DNA from: Octopus vulgaris
Lineage: Eukaryota
DNA: 64,000 nucleotides
Direction of reading: 5' to 3'
Assembly (NCBI GenBank): GCA_951406725.2
Contig: OX597833.1
Span: 32,674,001 to 32,738,000, forward strand
In this document: one piece after another, positions 1 through 13,625 of the stretch
Position numbering within the stretch: the first letter of the stretch is position 1
Layout of the letters: the number at the start of each line of letters is the position of its first letter
Position numbers and translations under genes: made by a program
The notes under the pieces: generated by a model
Databases searched by the model: none
Told to the model about the DNA's origin: nothing
The model's input: only the letters and a program-made list of their open reading frames with translations

Positions 1-129
1 ACTTTTTCCTTTTCTCTTTTTGATTTCATTTTTTTCCTCTTTCTTTCCTTCTTTTTCTTTAACCTCTCTCTTCATTTTAACATTTTAACACATCTCTTCT
101 CCCCACTCTGTTCACTACATTCTCAAATT

Positions 130-560
130 TTCGTTCATACCACAAGACACCTTTGAATGAACAGCACATGGAATCTACGTCTCCACACATTTCATTTGTG
201 ATGACAAAATATATGAACTCCTATTGGAATTTACGTACAACGGACAGGAAGCATTTCTATCACTTCTACACACCACTTGCCTTGGATAATGGAACTACAA
301 CTATAACATCTTTATGCATTTTTATTTTCATTTCTACATTCGTTCTATTTCCCTACAAACTCCTTATTTACTTCTTTTTCCAAAATAACTCCGCATACTG
401 AACTCTAATATTTCCCTCTGTTTAATCATCTCACATCATCTTTCATGAAGGGATATCCCTAATATCCCAGAAATAGCTGTAAGACTAACTTTCTCTTTAT
501 AAATGTCCTGAAACTTTCACACAGTCTTGGCTTTGTCGTCTCATTTTATTTAACATATAC
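130..560 (+). mobile_element. Penelope-like terminal repeat (pLTR) remnant with degenerate hammerhead motif
   Basis: Homologous to the reverse complement of 62270-62620. Contains TTCATGA-a-GGGATA..TATCCC-a-GAAA-TAGCTG-TA at 438-485. Confidence 0.55.
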
Positions 561-696
561 ATGCTCATACAAGACGTGCATTAGACTCCTCACTCGTATC
601 ATTATCGAACCGAGAGTTTAACTACGGTCCTTCCATAGCACTTATCATTACCTGCCACCTTAGGTCTTCTGGATACCAATATCTTTCTCATATATT

Positions 697-1076
697 TGGA
701 AGCACTCCGTCGGTTACGACAATGAGAGTTCCGGTTGATCCGAATCAACGGAACAGCCTGCTCATGAAATTAACGTGTAAGTGGCTGAGCACTCCACAGA
801 CACGTGTACCCTTAACGTAGTTCTTGGGGATATTCAGCATTACACAGAGAGTGACAAGGCCGGCCCTTTGAAATACAGGTACAACAGAAACAGGAAGAAA
901 GAGTGAGAGAAAGTTGTGGTGAAAGAGTACAGCAGGGATCACCACCATCCTCTGCCGGAGCCTCGTGGAGCTTTAGGTGTTTTCGCTCAATAAACACTCA
1001 CAACGCCCGGTCTGGGAATCGAAACCACAATCCTATGACCGCGAGTCCGCTCCCCTAACCACTGGGCCATTGCGCC
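697..1076 (-). mobile_element. tRNA-derived SINE (family C)
   Basis: Minus-strand head GGCGCAATGGCCCAGTGGTTAGG (A box) ... GGTTTCGATTCCC (B box), followed by an ~300 bp body. A degraded tail copy lies at ~14670-14825. Confidence 0.8.
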
Positions 1077-1116
1077 TCTACTCATATATTTATATACATA
1101 TTCGTATGTATATCTA

Positions 1117-1159
<43 letters not shown>

Positions 1160-1179
1160 ATACATATATATATACATAC

Positions 1180-1224
<45 letters not shown>

Positions 1225-1487
1225 CATATATATAATTTCATGTACCATCATGAAGCGATTGGACACTGTATCCGTAACCAGGAATCTGAAAATTCTGCAC
1301 GTTGTTAGTTCGCATTGTCCTCAGAGATTGCACTCGGAATTTATGAGTGTCATCTTCCATATTTCTTATCATTCTTAGGCTAAATTCAGTTTAACCCAAA
1401 GAGCCGATCAAATTTCTTTTGTTATTGACCTAGTTCTGGTACAAATATAAATACAGGGAACCTCTAACAGAATATCACTTCTTTTAA

Positions 1488-1700
1488 GGCGGCGAGCTGG
1501 CGGAATCGTTAGCATATGGGGCAAAATGCTTAAGTGGTATTTCGCCTGTCTTTACGTTCTGAGTTCAAATGCTGCCGAGGCCGACTTTACCTTTCATCCT
1601 TTCGGGGTCGATAAATTAAATACCAGTGAAACATTGGGGTCGATGTAACTGACTGGTCTCCACCCTCAAAATTTCAGGCCTTGTGCTTATAGTAGAAAAT
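1488..1700 (+). mobile_element. tRNA-derived SINE (family B)
   Basis: GGCGGCGAGCTGGCGGAATCGTTAGC head, GAGTTCAAAT B box and CCTTTCATCCTTTCGGGGTCGATAAA core. Multiple copies in the window. Confidence 0.85.
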
Positions 1701-2339
1701 AATATCCCTTCTTTTCTGAGTTACATCAGTGGCAACATCTATCTTATCCTCTCTTTACTCGGCAGTTTCCAGCAATTTAATATTCCTCTCTTATCCTCTC
1801 TTCACTTGGCAGCTGCCACATTGGTAACTTCTCTTACCATCTCTCTTCCACATTTTCCTTATCAATCAACGAACTATCAATGTCAACTAGCTTGTCAACT
1901 AGCGTGGCAAATCTCTCATGAGCGTTATTACTATCTCTCGCCTTTCACATTTCTATGTAGTAAGTCGATAAGAACGACAACCAGAACTTCTCTAAGAGAC
2001 TGATACTTGAAATTTACTTCCAACTCGAAGTTGTAAATAAAATTACTAACAATTGAATTAAGGTTAATTTAAGTAGGAACTATTTCTTCTGTCAATTTAT
2101 TTTCAAGAATTCTGAAAACAATTATGCAACTCGCAGCATTTCTTCAAATACAGTTTTCTAAATTTGCCATGCGCAACGTCTACAAAACTTCATACCTATC
2201 ACTAATATCATCATCACCCATGGTGACCAAATCAGCTTATATGTTAAGCATTAAATCGGTATCAATCAGACTATTGGATGTTGTTATATATCGACGGTTA
2301 CAATACGCTTCCATTTCTTTCTTGATTGCGCCACTCTCT

Positions 2340-3384
2340 TACTTCTACTCCTGATTGACTTTCCCGATCTCCTTCGGTTTGGGGAACTGGCAAAAGTCAC
2401 AAGTAACAAGGCCTGCTCTGTATGGAGGGTGAAGGACTGTTTTGATACCCATCTTTGTCTAGTAGTCGTTTACCAGAGTGAAACTGTGGACTGGTGCATT
2501 GTCCTGGTGCAGGTGCCTTCGACGCGTACGGAAGAGCTCTGGCTGTGGACCGTCTGACCAGAGAGAACCCAGTGAATGTAGACGATACCCTTGCTGTCGA
2601 AAAGTGGAATCTTCATGAGCTTGCCGGTGGATTTGCTTCTTCTCTGGGGAAGTGCAGGCGCTTCCATTGGATACTCTATTTCTTGGTCTCTGGATCTTAA
2701 CAGTAGATCCACCAATCCTCAAAAGTCATCAGAGACTCAACTATTCTTGGATTGGAGGTAATAAGCTGAACCATCGGCCTACTGTCACTAACGCGTCTTT
2801 TTTTTCTATTCGTCACTGAGCACCCTTGGAACAAACTTTGCACAAATATTGGTCAAGTTCAGATCTTCATGAAAATTTGTGTAGAGATGCTATATCAACT
2901 CCAAACGGTAATTTTATTTTCCATAGATACACAACGGTCTTCATCCTGTACATTGAAAATTTTCTCAACCATCTCTGATGTTCGGATGTCTAACTCCCTT
3001 CTACACCGCTCATCGTCTCTCACTTCCTTTCTATCGTTATTGAATCTTTTGTATCAGCGAAAAACAGATACTCGACACGTATAACTTAATCCGTAAGCAG
3101 CTTGGAGCATTTCATAAGTTTCTGCAGTGTTTTTGTCATGTTTAGAACAAAACTCTATTGCATAACTAGCTTCTAAATTGTCTAGACGCTCCGAATTCAT
3201 TCTGCAAACTAGTCAGGTATTGTTGTGCTCAAAGTGCTATTACAGCTGTCTCCTTCAATCTGGAATGACAAAAGTTGGCGGATCAGCTTATTAGTTGTAA
3301 AGTAATGACATACTAAAATTGCAATAAACTAGACCAGTTATAACTGCTTCTCCTAAACAATCTCAAAGTTCTGGAATAATGCAC

Positions 3385-3390
<6 letters not shown>
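2340..3390 (-). mobile_element. Degenerate mariner transposase relic
   Basis: Minus-strand translations YAIEFCSKHDKNTAETYEMLQAAYG..VFR*YKRF..DDER, WIYC*DPETK..QWK and HQDNAP match mariner HTH and catalytic motifs. Many stops. Confidence 0.75.
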
Positions 3391-3421
<31 letters not shown>

Positions 3422-3559
3422 TTGTGTGTGTGTGTGTGAGTATGTGTGTGTACATATGGAAAGAAGTATTTTCCACGTAAGTTCATTTTCAAACCCACAA
3501 ACAAATTCTCATCTCTCTCTCTCTCTCTTTCCATATATATATATATAATATATGTGTGT

Positions 3560-3773
3560 GTGTGTTTATGTATTTGTGTTTGTCCCCCTAACATCCCTTG
3601 ACAACCGATGGTGGTGCGTTTACGTCCCCATAACTTAGCGGTTCGGCAAACAAGAGCGATAGAATAAGTACTAGGCTTACAAAGAATAAGTCCTGGTTTC
3701 GATTTGCTCGACTGAAGGCGGTGCTCCAGCATGGCCCCAGTCAAATGACTGAAACAAGTAAAAGAGTAAAAGA
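3560..3773 (+). mobile_element. SINE family A, 3' half
   Basis: Matches 30060-30268, including the GGCGGTGCTCCAGCATGGCC..GACTGAAACAAGTAAAAGAG tail. Confidence 0.85.
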
Positions 3774-3811
3774 ATATACATACATACATACATACACACA
3801 TACATATATAC

Positions 3812-3868
<57 letters not shown>

Positions 3869-4105
3869 TAAAATAAGATAGGGTAGCAAAATCTTTAGAA
3901 ATTTCACTATCAGTGGCCTAGCATGTATAAAAAAGTGAATAGACAACATATTTTCCATATAAAATTAGTATACATTTAAACACAGAAGAGGCGACCCTTA
4001 ATAGGCAGCCTTACATGCTAGAAGAGGCAGTCAAAACGTCCAAAATCACATTTAAGAGCAATTTTGAAGGGAATGAAAAATAAAAACATTTACCTTGTTA
4101 TTGAC

Positions 4106-4177
4106 AGCCTTACCTTGATTTCGAACATTAATTAGCAATTAAAATAATTAGCTAGGCGAAGTTCTCATCAATGGCTA
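4106..4177 (-). ncRNA. Degenerate type I hammerhead ribozyme motif
   Basis: TAGCCA-TTGATGA-GAAC..GTTC-GAAA-TCAAG-GTA-AGGCT. Confidence 0.55.
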
Positions 4178-4201
4178 AATTGTATGTTAATTGTTTTGGC
4201 G

Positions 4202-4274
4202 TAGCCACTGGTGAGAACTTTACCTAGTAAATTAATTTATTTGCTAATTAGATTTCGAAATCTAGGTATGGCTA
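4202..4274 (+). ncRNA. Type I minimal hammerhead ribozyme motif (core variant CUGGUGA)
   Basis: Stem I TAGCCA/TGGCTA, CTGGTGA, GAA..TTC, GAAA-T-CTAG-GTA. Confidence 0.65.
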
Positions 4275-4405
4275 AAAACAAAGTGAAAGTTTATTTTTCA
4301 TTCCCTTCGGAGGTGCTCTTAAATGTGGTTTTGGATGTTTTGATTGCTCCTTCAATCATGTAAGGCTGCCTATTAAGGATCGACTCTTTTGCGTTTAAAT
4401 ATACA

Positions 4406-4505
<100 letters not shown>

Positions 4506-5540
4506 CGAGGGGCTACCCAAAGGTGATAGGAAATGTTCTCGGTGGGACAAACCCTTTGTAGGTCAGGCTTCCGCCGCTAGAAGCTACTTGATGCGACCCT
4601 CAGCCACCAGTGTGCCGACCGGTGGTCTCGTGTGACGTTGTACTGCTTCCCCGCTGTTCGTTGATTTTTGCGATGGCTGCCCTGTCTTATCTTATGAATA
4701 TATATACTCTTTTATCCTTTTACTCTTTTATTTGTTTCAGTTATTTGACTGTGGCTATAATGGAGCACCGCCTTTAGTCGAGCAAATCGACCCCTGGACT
4801 TATTCTTTGTAAGCCTAGTACTTATTCTATCGGTCTCGTGCAATTCTGTTTTCTGCTGGAGAAAATGGTGACAGAGACAGTTGCCATGCTTCACATAACA
4901 TACAAGAACGCTGCTGTGCGCAAACCAAAGTTTACGATTGGTTTCCACGTGTTTTAGAAATGTCACTTGTCGCTTGAAGAAGAACCTCGTTGAGAACGAC
5001 CGTCGACCTTCCGAACGAATAAAAACATCATGAAAATTCATGAACTGACCTTGGAGGACTATCACCGAACAGTTGACGAACTTGTTGATATGACTGGTGC
5101 GTTCTGGAGCTCCTGCCAACGAATTTTGAGCGAGGAAATGCGAGTGAAAAGGGTTGCAGCAAAATTTGTGCCTCGCTTGTTCACGGAAGATCAAAATTAG
5201 TCACGACAGAATGCGTGTTTTGAACTGAAAGAAGGGTTGGAAGATGATCGGACCTTTTTTCAAAAGACATCACCGGTGACGAAAGCTGGTACTACGGAAT
5301 TTGCTGATGTGGAAGAAGTGAAGAAAAAAATCGAGGAAGGTGTTAAAAGGTATCACTTCGCAACAGCTCCAACACTGTGAGAAATACACCTGGACAATAG
5401 TGGGAAATGCGTCTGGACGGATGCATTACTTCAAATGGAGAATACTTTGATGGCGATAAAAGTGTAAACATGTAAAAGTAAATGAATAAAATAACACTGT
5501 AAAATTCAGGGACTATTTTTTGGGAGGGGGTAGCCTCTGG
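4506..5540 (+). mobile_element. Internally deleted mariner element
   Basis: TA-flanked TIR-like ends CGAGGGGCTACCC / GGGTAGCCTCTGG. Remnants FCFLL, RPSTSR and ITGDESWYYG are fused directly to FADVEEVKKK. Confidence 0.8.
4704..4837 (-). mobile_element. SINE family A tail inserted in the mariner
   Basis: Reverse complement of the SINE-A 3' tail. Confidence 0.85.
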
Positions 5541-5590
5541 TATCTCTGTTTGTCTGTCTGCCTGTCTGTCTGTATGTATATGTATGTATG

Positions 5591-7740
5591 TCATTATTCA
5601 GTTTATTTGAAAATTTCTTGCCAATAGAGAAAGAACCGTTTCCTAATAGATTCAAGGTTCCTTCATTGGAACTTCAACATCAACAACAGGTTATTTTTGT
5701 ATGTATGTATGTATGTATGTATGTATGTATGTATGTGCAGATTTCTATGTTTTATGTATGTATTCTCATGCATATAGTTGCATATCTAGACATGCTCATA
5801 TATATTTAGATAATTTACAGCCTCAGCTATGGATTGGATGTAGTCTTCGAATTAGCTTTATCCTTTCTGGTTTTGAGAAGCCTAATTTAACAAGATTGGT
5901 ATTTAAGCAGTATGTTATATCTCTCAGGGCCCCAATAATGACAGGTATAAACTTGAACTTGTAATCTGGATAGAGAAACTGCAGATTTCTCAATAGTTCA
6001 GCATAGGTGTTCCCTTTTTCACTGATCTTCATCTTTATGTTAACATCCGCTGGGCAGCTAATTTCTACAACTGTACACAGTTTCTCTTTCCTACCCCAAA
6101 TCCTTATATCAGGTCTGTTGGGCTTACATTTTATTGAGGTTTTCACTGGGACATTTTCCCAGTATTCCTTTTTATTATGAGTGGCTATGGCTTCTACCAT
6201 ATTGTGGGTTCTTATTTCTTTGTCCTTGGAATTATCCTTTCGACGGATTTCATTATAGAGTGTCCTAGCTACATCATGTCTCGTCAGTAGATAATACTGT
6301 GATGACATTTTCGGGCAGCTGCTGATGATATGGGTAATATCTTCAGTGTCAACTCCACAAAATCTGCATGGGTTGTCACATTTTACGGCTTTTCCTGCAT
6401 CTCTATCCTTTTTGTGCATCAGGTACTTCGTTGATATTTTCTATTCCTGGATTGCTAACACAACTTCAAAATGGGGGTAGTAATCCGGCTATTGGTCCAT
6501 GATAAACTGCTTTGATGATCGGTGTTACTATCATAACGGAGCTTTCTACTAACATATCTATGCATAGTCTTCTGCTCATATAGGATCATCCTTTCCTTTG
6601 ATGATATGTTACGGTAGAGTCGTGCGACTTCTTTACGCATGTATTCAAGGTTTTCAGACAAAGAGTGTTGCTCAAAGAGCTGCCTTCCAAGCCAAGCCTT
6701 ATGATGTTATCAGCCTCATTTATGCAAACTTGCTCAAGAGATGCACTTCGACACTTGGTGGTTAAAAGCTGTTGCCCAACGGATATGATGCGATATTCAA
6801 ATGCATTTTGGATCGATGTTAAGCCTCTGCCGCCTTCTTTTCGTTTTAGATAGAAGCAGTCTACGTCACTGTTTATGTGGAAATTATGTGTACTTGTTAT
6901 TATTTTTCGGGTTTTCACATCAATGGCTCGGATCTCAGCAAGCATTCGATCAAGCACCTCACATTGTGGGCCACAGTTTTATTGAATGCAGAGAGTTCTG
7001 AGGTACAAATTTTCTTTATTCGGCTGTAGTATAAATAAACGTGTTTTGTTACAGGTGCCATTGTAAGATATGTTTTCATCCACCCCTATATACCTGTAAC
7101 ATTCCTCGTCAGATACAGGGTAAACAGTCAAATCATTGATAGAACATGTATCCTGACCAAACTCTAACCCTACATCCTTTGAGGATGTTGTAACTAGGCC
7201 AAGGCTATTTTTCATCTCATGCATATTCTTTGCCTAAAGTTTTAAGTCATCCACAAAGAAACAGTGTGTAATTTTTGTCTTTCTGTTTCCTTGTGAACCA
7301 CTGCGATATCCTTCAGACTTCCTTAACATGAATGACAAGGTGTTTACAGAAAGTATAAACAACATCACAGTGAGGCTGTCTCTTTGGAATATGCCTTTGC
7401 CATATTGTATTCCAAGGGTGATAATACAGTCACTCTTTGTGTTTAATTTCAAGATGGGGGTCCACGATGAAGACAGGTCAGATATGGCTTTGACTATTCT
7501 CACTGGAACTTTAGTAAGTTGAAGGGCTTCTAGCATCCATGAGTGAGGAACAGAGTCAAAATCTTTCTTCTAGTCTAATCGCAATGAAACTAGATTCCTC
7601 TTATGTTCCCGCACCTCTGATATCAAAATGTTGATTAACTATTGGTCGGCACATCCCCAGACTCCCTTTTCCCCAACTGCTTGTTCTGTTGTGATAATGT
7701 TATTAGTTTCACAATGGTCCTGTAGGAAAAGGTTTAAGGT
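5591..7740 (-). mobile_element. 5'-truncated RLE-type LINE (R4/Dong-like), pseudogenised
   Basis: RT motifs KGIFQRDSL and FFVDDLKL, CCHC knuckle CRFC..HIISSC, RHD, and RLE motif RPDI..VEISCP, spread over frameshifted ORFs. Confidence 0.9.
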
Positions 7741-8050
7741 TTAAGCGTGTATGTATGTATGTATGTATGTATGTATGTATGTATGTATGTATGTATGTAT
7801 GTATGTATGTATGTATGTGTGTATGAGTGTGTATGTATGTGTGTATGTATGTATATATGTATGTATGCATGTATGTATGTATATCGATAGATAGATAAAT
7901 TTTTATTGTCCTTGCCCCATTTGGTATTTACAGGAGTGCGTGTGTGTGCACGCGAGTGTTACTTGCGCGTGCATGTGTTTGCGTTTGTCCCCATCGGTCT
8001 ACTTAAAGAGTGAGTGCTGCTGTAGATTTGATGAACTAAACCCTCCAGTG

Positions 8051-8099
<49 letters not shown>

Positions 8100-8890
8100 G
8101 TGTGTGTGCACGCATAAATGTGTGTGTATGTATATTCATAAGTTTTATATGTTGTAAAGTACATAGCTGAGCGTAGCTCCCGACACGGGTTTATAAGCTT
8201 CTGAAATTACAGCCGAAAGAATGCTTCATTATCTCTTTGAATTCTTTGTGTTCCCTACATTTTCTAGAGAAAAAAAAGGTTATATTCAACATGTCACAGA
8301 TAACACATTGATGATCAGGGTGGTGGTGGTGGTGGCAAATTTGAAACTAGAGATAGGGTTTTGGATAACGTTTTACAGTGTCCTCAATATTGTATGAAAT
8401 GCAATCTACGTGAACTTAATGTATTACCTTTCGTACATTTTATAGTTACATACATATTGAACATACAGTATATCTATGTAGGTCACTTATTATATTATAT
8501 TTCCCATGTACATCATATGCAACATATACAGCACATGCGTTTACACGAAATATTCCATATAAACACACATCATGGCCTATAACTTGGCCTGTCTATAAAT
8601 CTTAGATGTTTCGATATAGCTGTTCAAGTGAATAAATGAATTCTTCAGATGAAACAATTACGTCAGTCATTGAGACTTGATTTTTCGAAACATCCTTTTA
8701 CAGTTTCAGATCTCAGACACACTGAACTCCCGTCCACCTGCTTTCGGTCAAACATTCAAACAAGAATACAAACCTTTATTTAAGCTCGAGGTAGCACAAT
8801 ATATTTTGCCCCGAGTTGTGCAAACAAACACGTATATTATTTAAATGTACACCCACCCAATCTCGAGTCTGCAAAAACATACATATTTAG

Positions 8891-8929
<39 letters not shown>

Positions 8930-8938
8930 AATATACAC

Positions 8939-8998
<60 letters not shown>

Positions 8999-9488
8999 CT
9001 CTATATATACACAGATATATATATATATATATATATATGTTTATGTATGCATGTATGTATGTATGTATGTATGTCTGTATGTATGCATGTATGTATGTAT
9101 GCATGCATGTATGTATGTGTATACAAATACACACATGCACACACACGCGCGCTTGGATACACACACTTATATACATAAATACAGAATTTATATGCACGGC
9201 TTATGTATATACAAACATATACATATGCACATGTATGCGTGTGCGTGTGTGATAGTATTTAGCTATTTGTGTATCGATGTGCGGGTGTCTGTTCTGCATG
9301 TTTTTTTTTTACATTTTTAAATGGAAACAAATAGTTCTGCTGCTTTATCTCGGTTCAGGCGTCGATTAGTCTCTGACACCACAAATGAATTTTTGTTTTC
9401 ATATACGACTTAACGCGGATTCTCTCTATTTCTCTTCAGAGATACATAAGTGAACTTACGTGTATATGCACGTAAATCCCATACTCAA

Positions 9489-9580
<92 letters not shown>

Positions 9581-10442
9581 AGATACATAGTCACACATAC
9601 ACAGGGCTGGCACACGTACATACAGGGTACACATACATTAATACATGCACATAGATAATCGCCACAGCTACATATAGAGACAGAAATATTTAGGCATACA
9701 CATATTGATGTATACATGCACGAACATATTTACACTTACACTCACGGGCGCGCGCTTCTGTGTACGTGTATTATGGGTTTCAGTCATCACGATGGAGCAG
9801 TGCACACCATCTGAATATTATGTCCTTCCCTGTGAATCACATGATATTTAGCCTCACTGCTTCACGTAGGAATATTGTAGCTTTAGGAAGCATGTACCAG
9901 ATGTCGAAGTATGAACCTTCTTATGACATTTACTAATTTCAGCTCTGTTTAAACGTTTGACAAAAGAGAGAGGAAATCTGTTGTTTACTAACATCTTGCA
10001 GGACCGCTTGATGTTGGTAGCTTTGTCAGCTATGTCGCTGCACCTATCGTTTATACGTACGATCTAGTTTCGCTCTATACAGATTTGGCTCTGATGGACA
10101 GGGCTGACTCGTAGAGCACAAACACGTTTTACAGGTAGCTTTGTTGTAAAATCACACAATGCTTACCCCTTCTCTCCCCCCCTCTCTCTCTATATATATA
10201 TTTGAATATATACATATATATGGAAATATGCATATATTTATGTACCCCCCCCACATATATATATCCTTTAAGTTCGTTTACAGGAAATATTTTGAATATG
10301 CATATAAGAGCTCCTATCCTATTACACTGGCTGTCATTTAATGATGCCAACTGGCAAATATACTGAACACCTCTGCATCCTGTAATAATTGAGAAATTTT
10401 TGAAACCAAGATATTGCTTATATCATTATTAACGCAACTTAA

Positions 10443-10680
10443 GGCGGCGAGCTGGCAGAATCGTGAGCATACTAGACGAAATGCTTACTGGTGGTATTTC
10501 GCCTGTCAATACATTCTAGGCTCAAATTCGGCCGAGGTCCACTTCGAATTTCATCCTTTCGAGGTCAACAAATTAAGTACCAGTGAAACACTTGAGTCGA
10601 CGTAATCGAGTTGTCCGCTCCCACAAAATTTCAGAAAGAATTATTATTCTTTTCTGCTCTAGGCACAAGGCCCGAAATTT
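10443..10680 (+). mobile_element. SINE family B
   Basis: GGCGGCGAGCTGGCAGAATCG head and core. Confidence 0.75.
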
Positions 10681-11044
10681 TTGAGCACTTATTTACTCCA
10701 GACAGCATTCATATATCCACACACACTGCACCTTATCTCTGCAATCATAACTCCATGTCGATGCCACCATATCCATTTCAACCAGACAGCAATTATTTTG
10801 TTTAATTCGTTGAGGATCAGTTTATTGCTATCAGCTTTGGTTTTTCTCTCTTATATTCTGTCATATCTGAGATGAAGTATTTCTGCTCTGTTTTCCAGTT
10901 CAGGAATCTGTGCTGTGTCTTTCCGAAATCCAATGCCAGCCTGGCTGGAAGCACACAGAGGAGCTAGCTACAAATCAATACATCTCGTTTCTCATAAGAT
11001 TCTGTAATCCTTCATATTTTAGACTCTTCTTTCATGTGCCCAGA

Positions 11045-11119
<75 letters not shown>

Positions 11120-11180
11120 TTCAATTTGAAAACGGAGAGATCTAATGGGCACAAATTAATTCATTAATTGACATCTTCAC

Positions 11181-11240
<60 letters not shown>

Positions 11241-11249
11241 TTACTCAGT

Positions 11250-11450
11250 TCAAATGAACAAACAATTCAAGTAAACGAATAAAAAATAAAACATCGAAAA
11301 CTGCGAACCTGAAGACGTGCACAAAAAGTGTATTAGCTTGACGCTCGGTGAAAAGAGAGACTTAACGTTTCGAGCATAGCTCTTCGTCGGAAAGGAAAAA
11401 TAGAAATGTCTATAGAAGGTGAAGAAATCGCCAGCGGCCCACGTGTAGTT
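11250..11450 (-). mobile_element. PLE terminal-repeat remnant with minimal hammerhead-like motif
   Basis: CCGACGA-A-GAGC-TAT-GCTC-GAAA-CGTT at 11360-11394. Similar to 21830-21960, which adjoins PLE coding remnants. Confidence 0.6.
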
Positions 11451-11497
11451 ACATACATAAAAATGCATGTGTGTTTGTGTCTGCGTGTGTGTGTACA

Positions 11498-11509
11498 GAT
11501 AGATAGATG

Positions 11510-11584
<75 letters not shown>
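11498..11584. repeat. (GATA)n microsatellite
   Basis: Direct reading. (CA)n, (TA)n, (TATG)n and (TATC)n tracts are abundant across the window. Confidence 0.95.
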
Positions 11585-12499
11585 GCAGAACATGGTTGAA
11601 AAAATAGCACTCACATTTCAAAGGTAAAATACTATTGAAGCTTTTTTTAGGTTTCAGTAAAACTATATGTAAATACCTATCGTTACTATTATGTTAAACT
11701 GTTGTATGTCCAAATTTGGTGGGGAAAAAAAAACCCTTTTCTTTCAGCATTTAATTTTGCTTGTAATAGCCAGTTCTTTTGGTCAAACTATCTTCTCTGC
11801 AAATGCTTCAGATGCCAAGATATGAAAATTTTGAAATATAGTACACCAGTTTAGTAATTTTCAAAAGTGTAGTATGTCCCACATACGACAGTTTTGCAAA
11901 AATATTTCTTACTGAAAATATCATAACTGCATGGAGTTACGATTTTATGCATCAAACAAAGTATTATGGTTAAGCTGAAACTGCTGCTGATGTAAAAAGA
12001 AATGGAATGGTGAAACTATTTTTTCGTTATCTGAAAAAAGCAACGTTTTGGACTTATGACACTTTTGCATAATAGTAACAATATATGTGTGTTCGTATGT
12101 GTGTGTGTGTGTGTGTGTGTATGCGCGCGTGCGCTCACTATACGTTGTCAAAAGGAATTATTGGTTTCACCAATACAATTTTCTTTGTAATTGAGACAGG
12201 TTATACAGTGTATGAGATTCTGTGTTTTGTTGTTCATATTTGCATTTTTCTTTGAACGAGAATCCACTTTTAAATTTTATGTGGAAACCAGTATCCAAAT
12301 ATTTAAAACTGTTGTTACATGTTCCATATCTGTTATCTCCATAGTACTCCACGAATTCTGAGTTACCCTCTGATGTGAATTTTGCTCTCTTAAGATGAAA
12401 GTGCTAAATAAAAAATTACCCTAAATTTTGACTACCACCTTTTTCTTACCCCCCCCCCCCCCTGTAATAACAATAATAATCCTTAGATGGAATTTATAA

Positions 12500-13300
12500 A
12501 TATGTTAATGCATCGCTATGCGCTTTTCCAGAAATCACGTTTCTTATGCAGTCCGTAGTATCCATGGACATCGGGTAGATCATATTCCTGCATTCATTTC
12601 TTCAGGCGATATAGCATTAATGGATGTTTAAATGAAGGTTGTTTACCAATTTTGGCCAATGAGATGGTTGATTGGGGCATGTGGGTGTTTCTGTGTGTAT
12701 TTTGTGAGGAAGGATGGAAGGTGATTGAAAAATAGGAAGGAATCATAGTTATAAGGAGATGGAGGTGTGTATATGCGTGTGCTTATTTTACTGTTTGAAT
12801 ATACAGATGTCAGTATGGGTAGTATGGATCTTTTGTCTCATCTTATTCACAGCAGGCCTCTCAATCAATTCAGTATTCGAGTCAGCAGCTACAGCTACTA
12901 CAGCCATCCAGTTGCTGAAGTTCATCGTCTGAGTTTACAAATGATACTTTCTTAAAATGACCTTTTAATTACTTTTGGTGGTAAAATGGTGTAGCATATA
13001 ACATTTGAAAATAGTGGTAATTTTGTTTAGTTCTTTATGTTCTACCCTTGTTCAATTATACACGAAAGGTGGTTAGTGTTTTTGTGTTTCAAAATGTTTC
13101 TTTTTCGAATTCTAGGAATGATGCCTTGTGTTTATGCTTACATGATATAACTTCGGAGTGTCTATTAATTATGTTTTCTCTGGATGTGATTAGCTCACGG
13201 GTTTCCTCTGGGCTTAAGCTGCATACCTGCGATGTTCTGTTGAAAGGTGCAGCATTTTTTATAATAGACCAGTGGGTCGTTCTATTCTGTTTGAGTCCTA
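12500..13300 (-). mobile_element. Penelope-like element 3' remnant (GIY-YIG C-terminus plus 3' region)
   Basis: Minus translation WSIIKNAAPFNRTSQVCSL..EE..IINRHSEVISCKHKH at ~13120-13278 resembles the PLE endonuclease end (WSI..A.PY....C.LC.EE..LNKRSE.ISKCRH). Confidence 0.65.
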
Positions 13301-13324
13301 AGATGAAGTTTGCTAGTATTTCAC

Positions 13325-13625
13325 TGATACTTTATTTGATTAACCTCGAAAGATTGAAAGACAAAGTCGACTTCGGCAGAATTTGAACTCAGAACACCCA
13401 AGCATTTTGTTCGGTGTGCTAACGATCCTGCCAGCTGGCTTCTATTATAGATACAAGGCCTAAAATTTTGTGGAGAGGGGATAGTCGATTACATCGACTC
13501 CAGTGCTAAAGTGGTACTTATTTTATCGACCCCGAAAGGATGAAAAGTAAAGTCGACCTTGGTGGAATTTGAACTCAGAATATAAAGACAGGCGAAATTC
13601 AGCTAATCATTTTCCTGCCAGCTAG
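13325..13625 (-). mobile_element. Two partial SINE family B copies
   Basis: TCGACCCCGAAAGGATGAAA..GGAATTTGAACTCAGAA-like block occurs twice. Confidence 0.75.

Noticed and set aside
12545-12612. CTGAAGA..GATA-CTACG motif downstream of the PLE remnant
   Set aside because: GAAA is mutated and the stems are poor. Too degenerate to call, although the position is suggestive.
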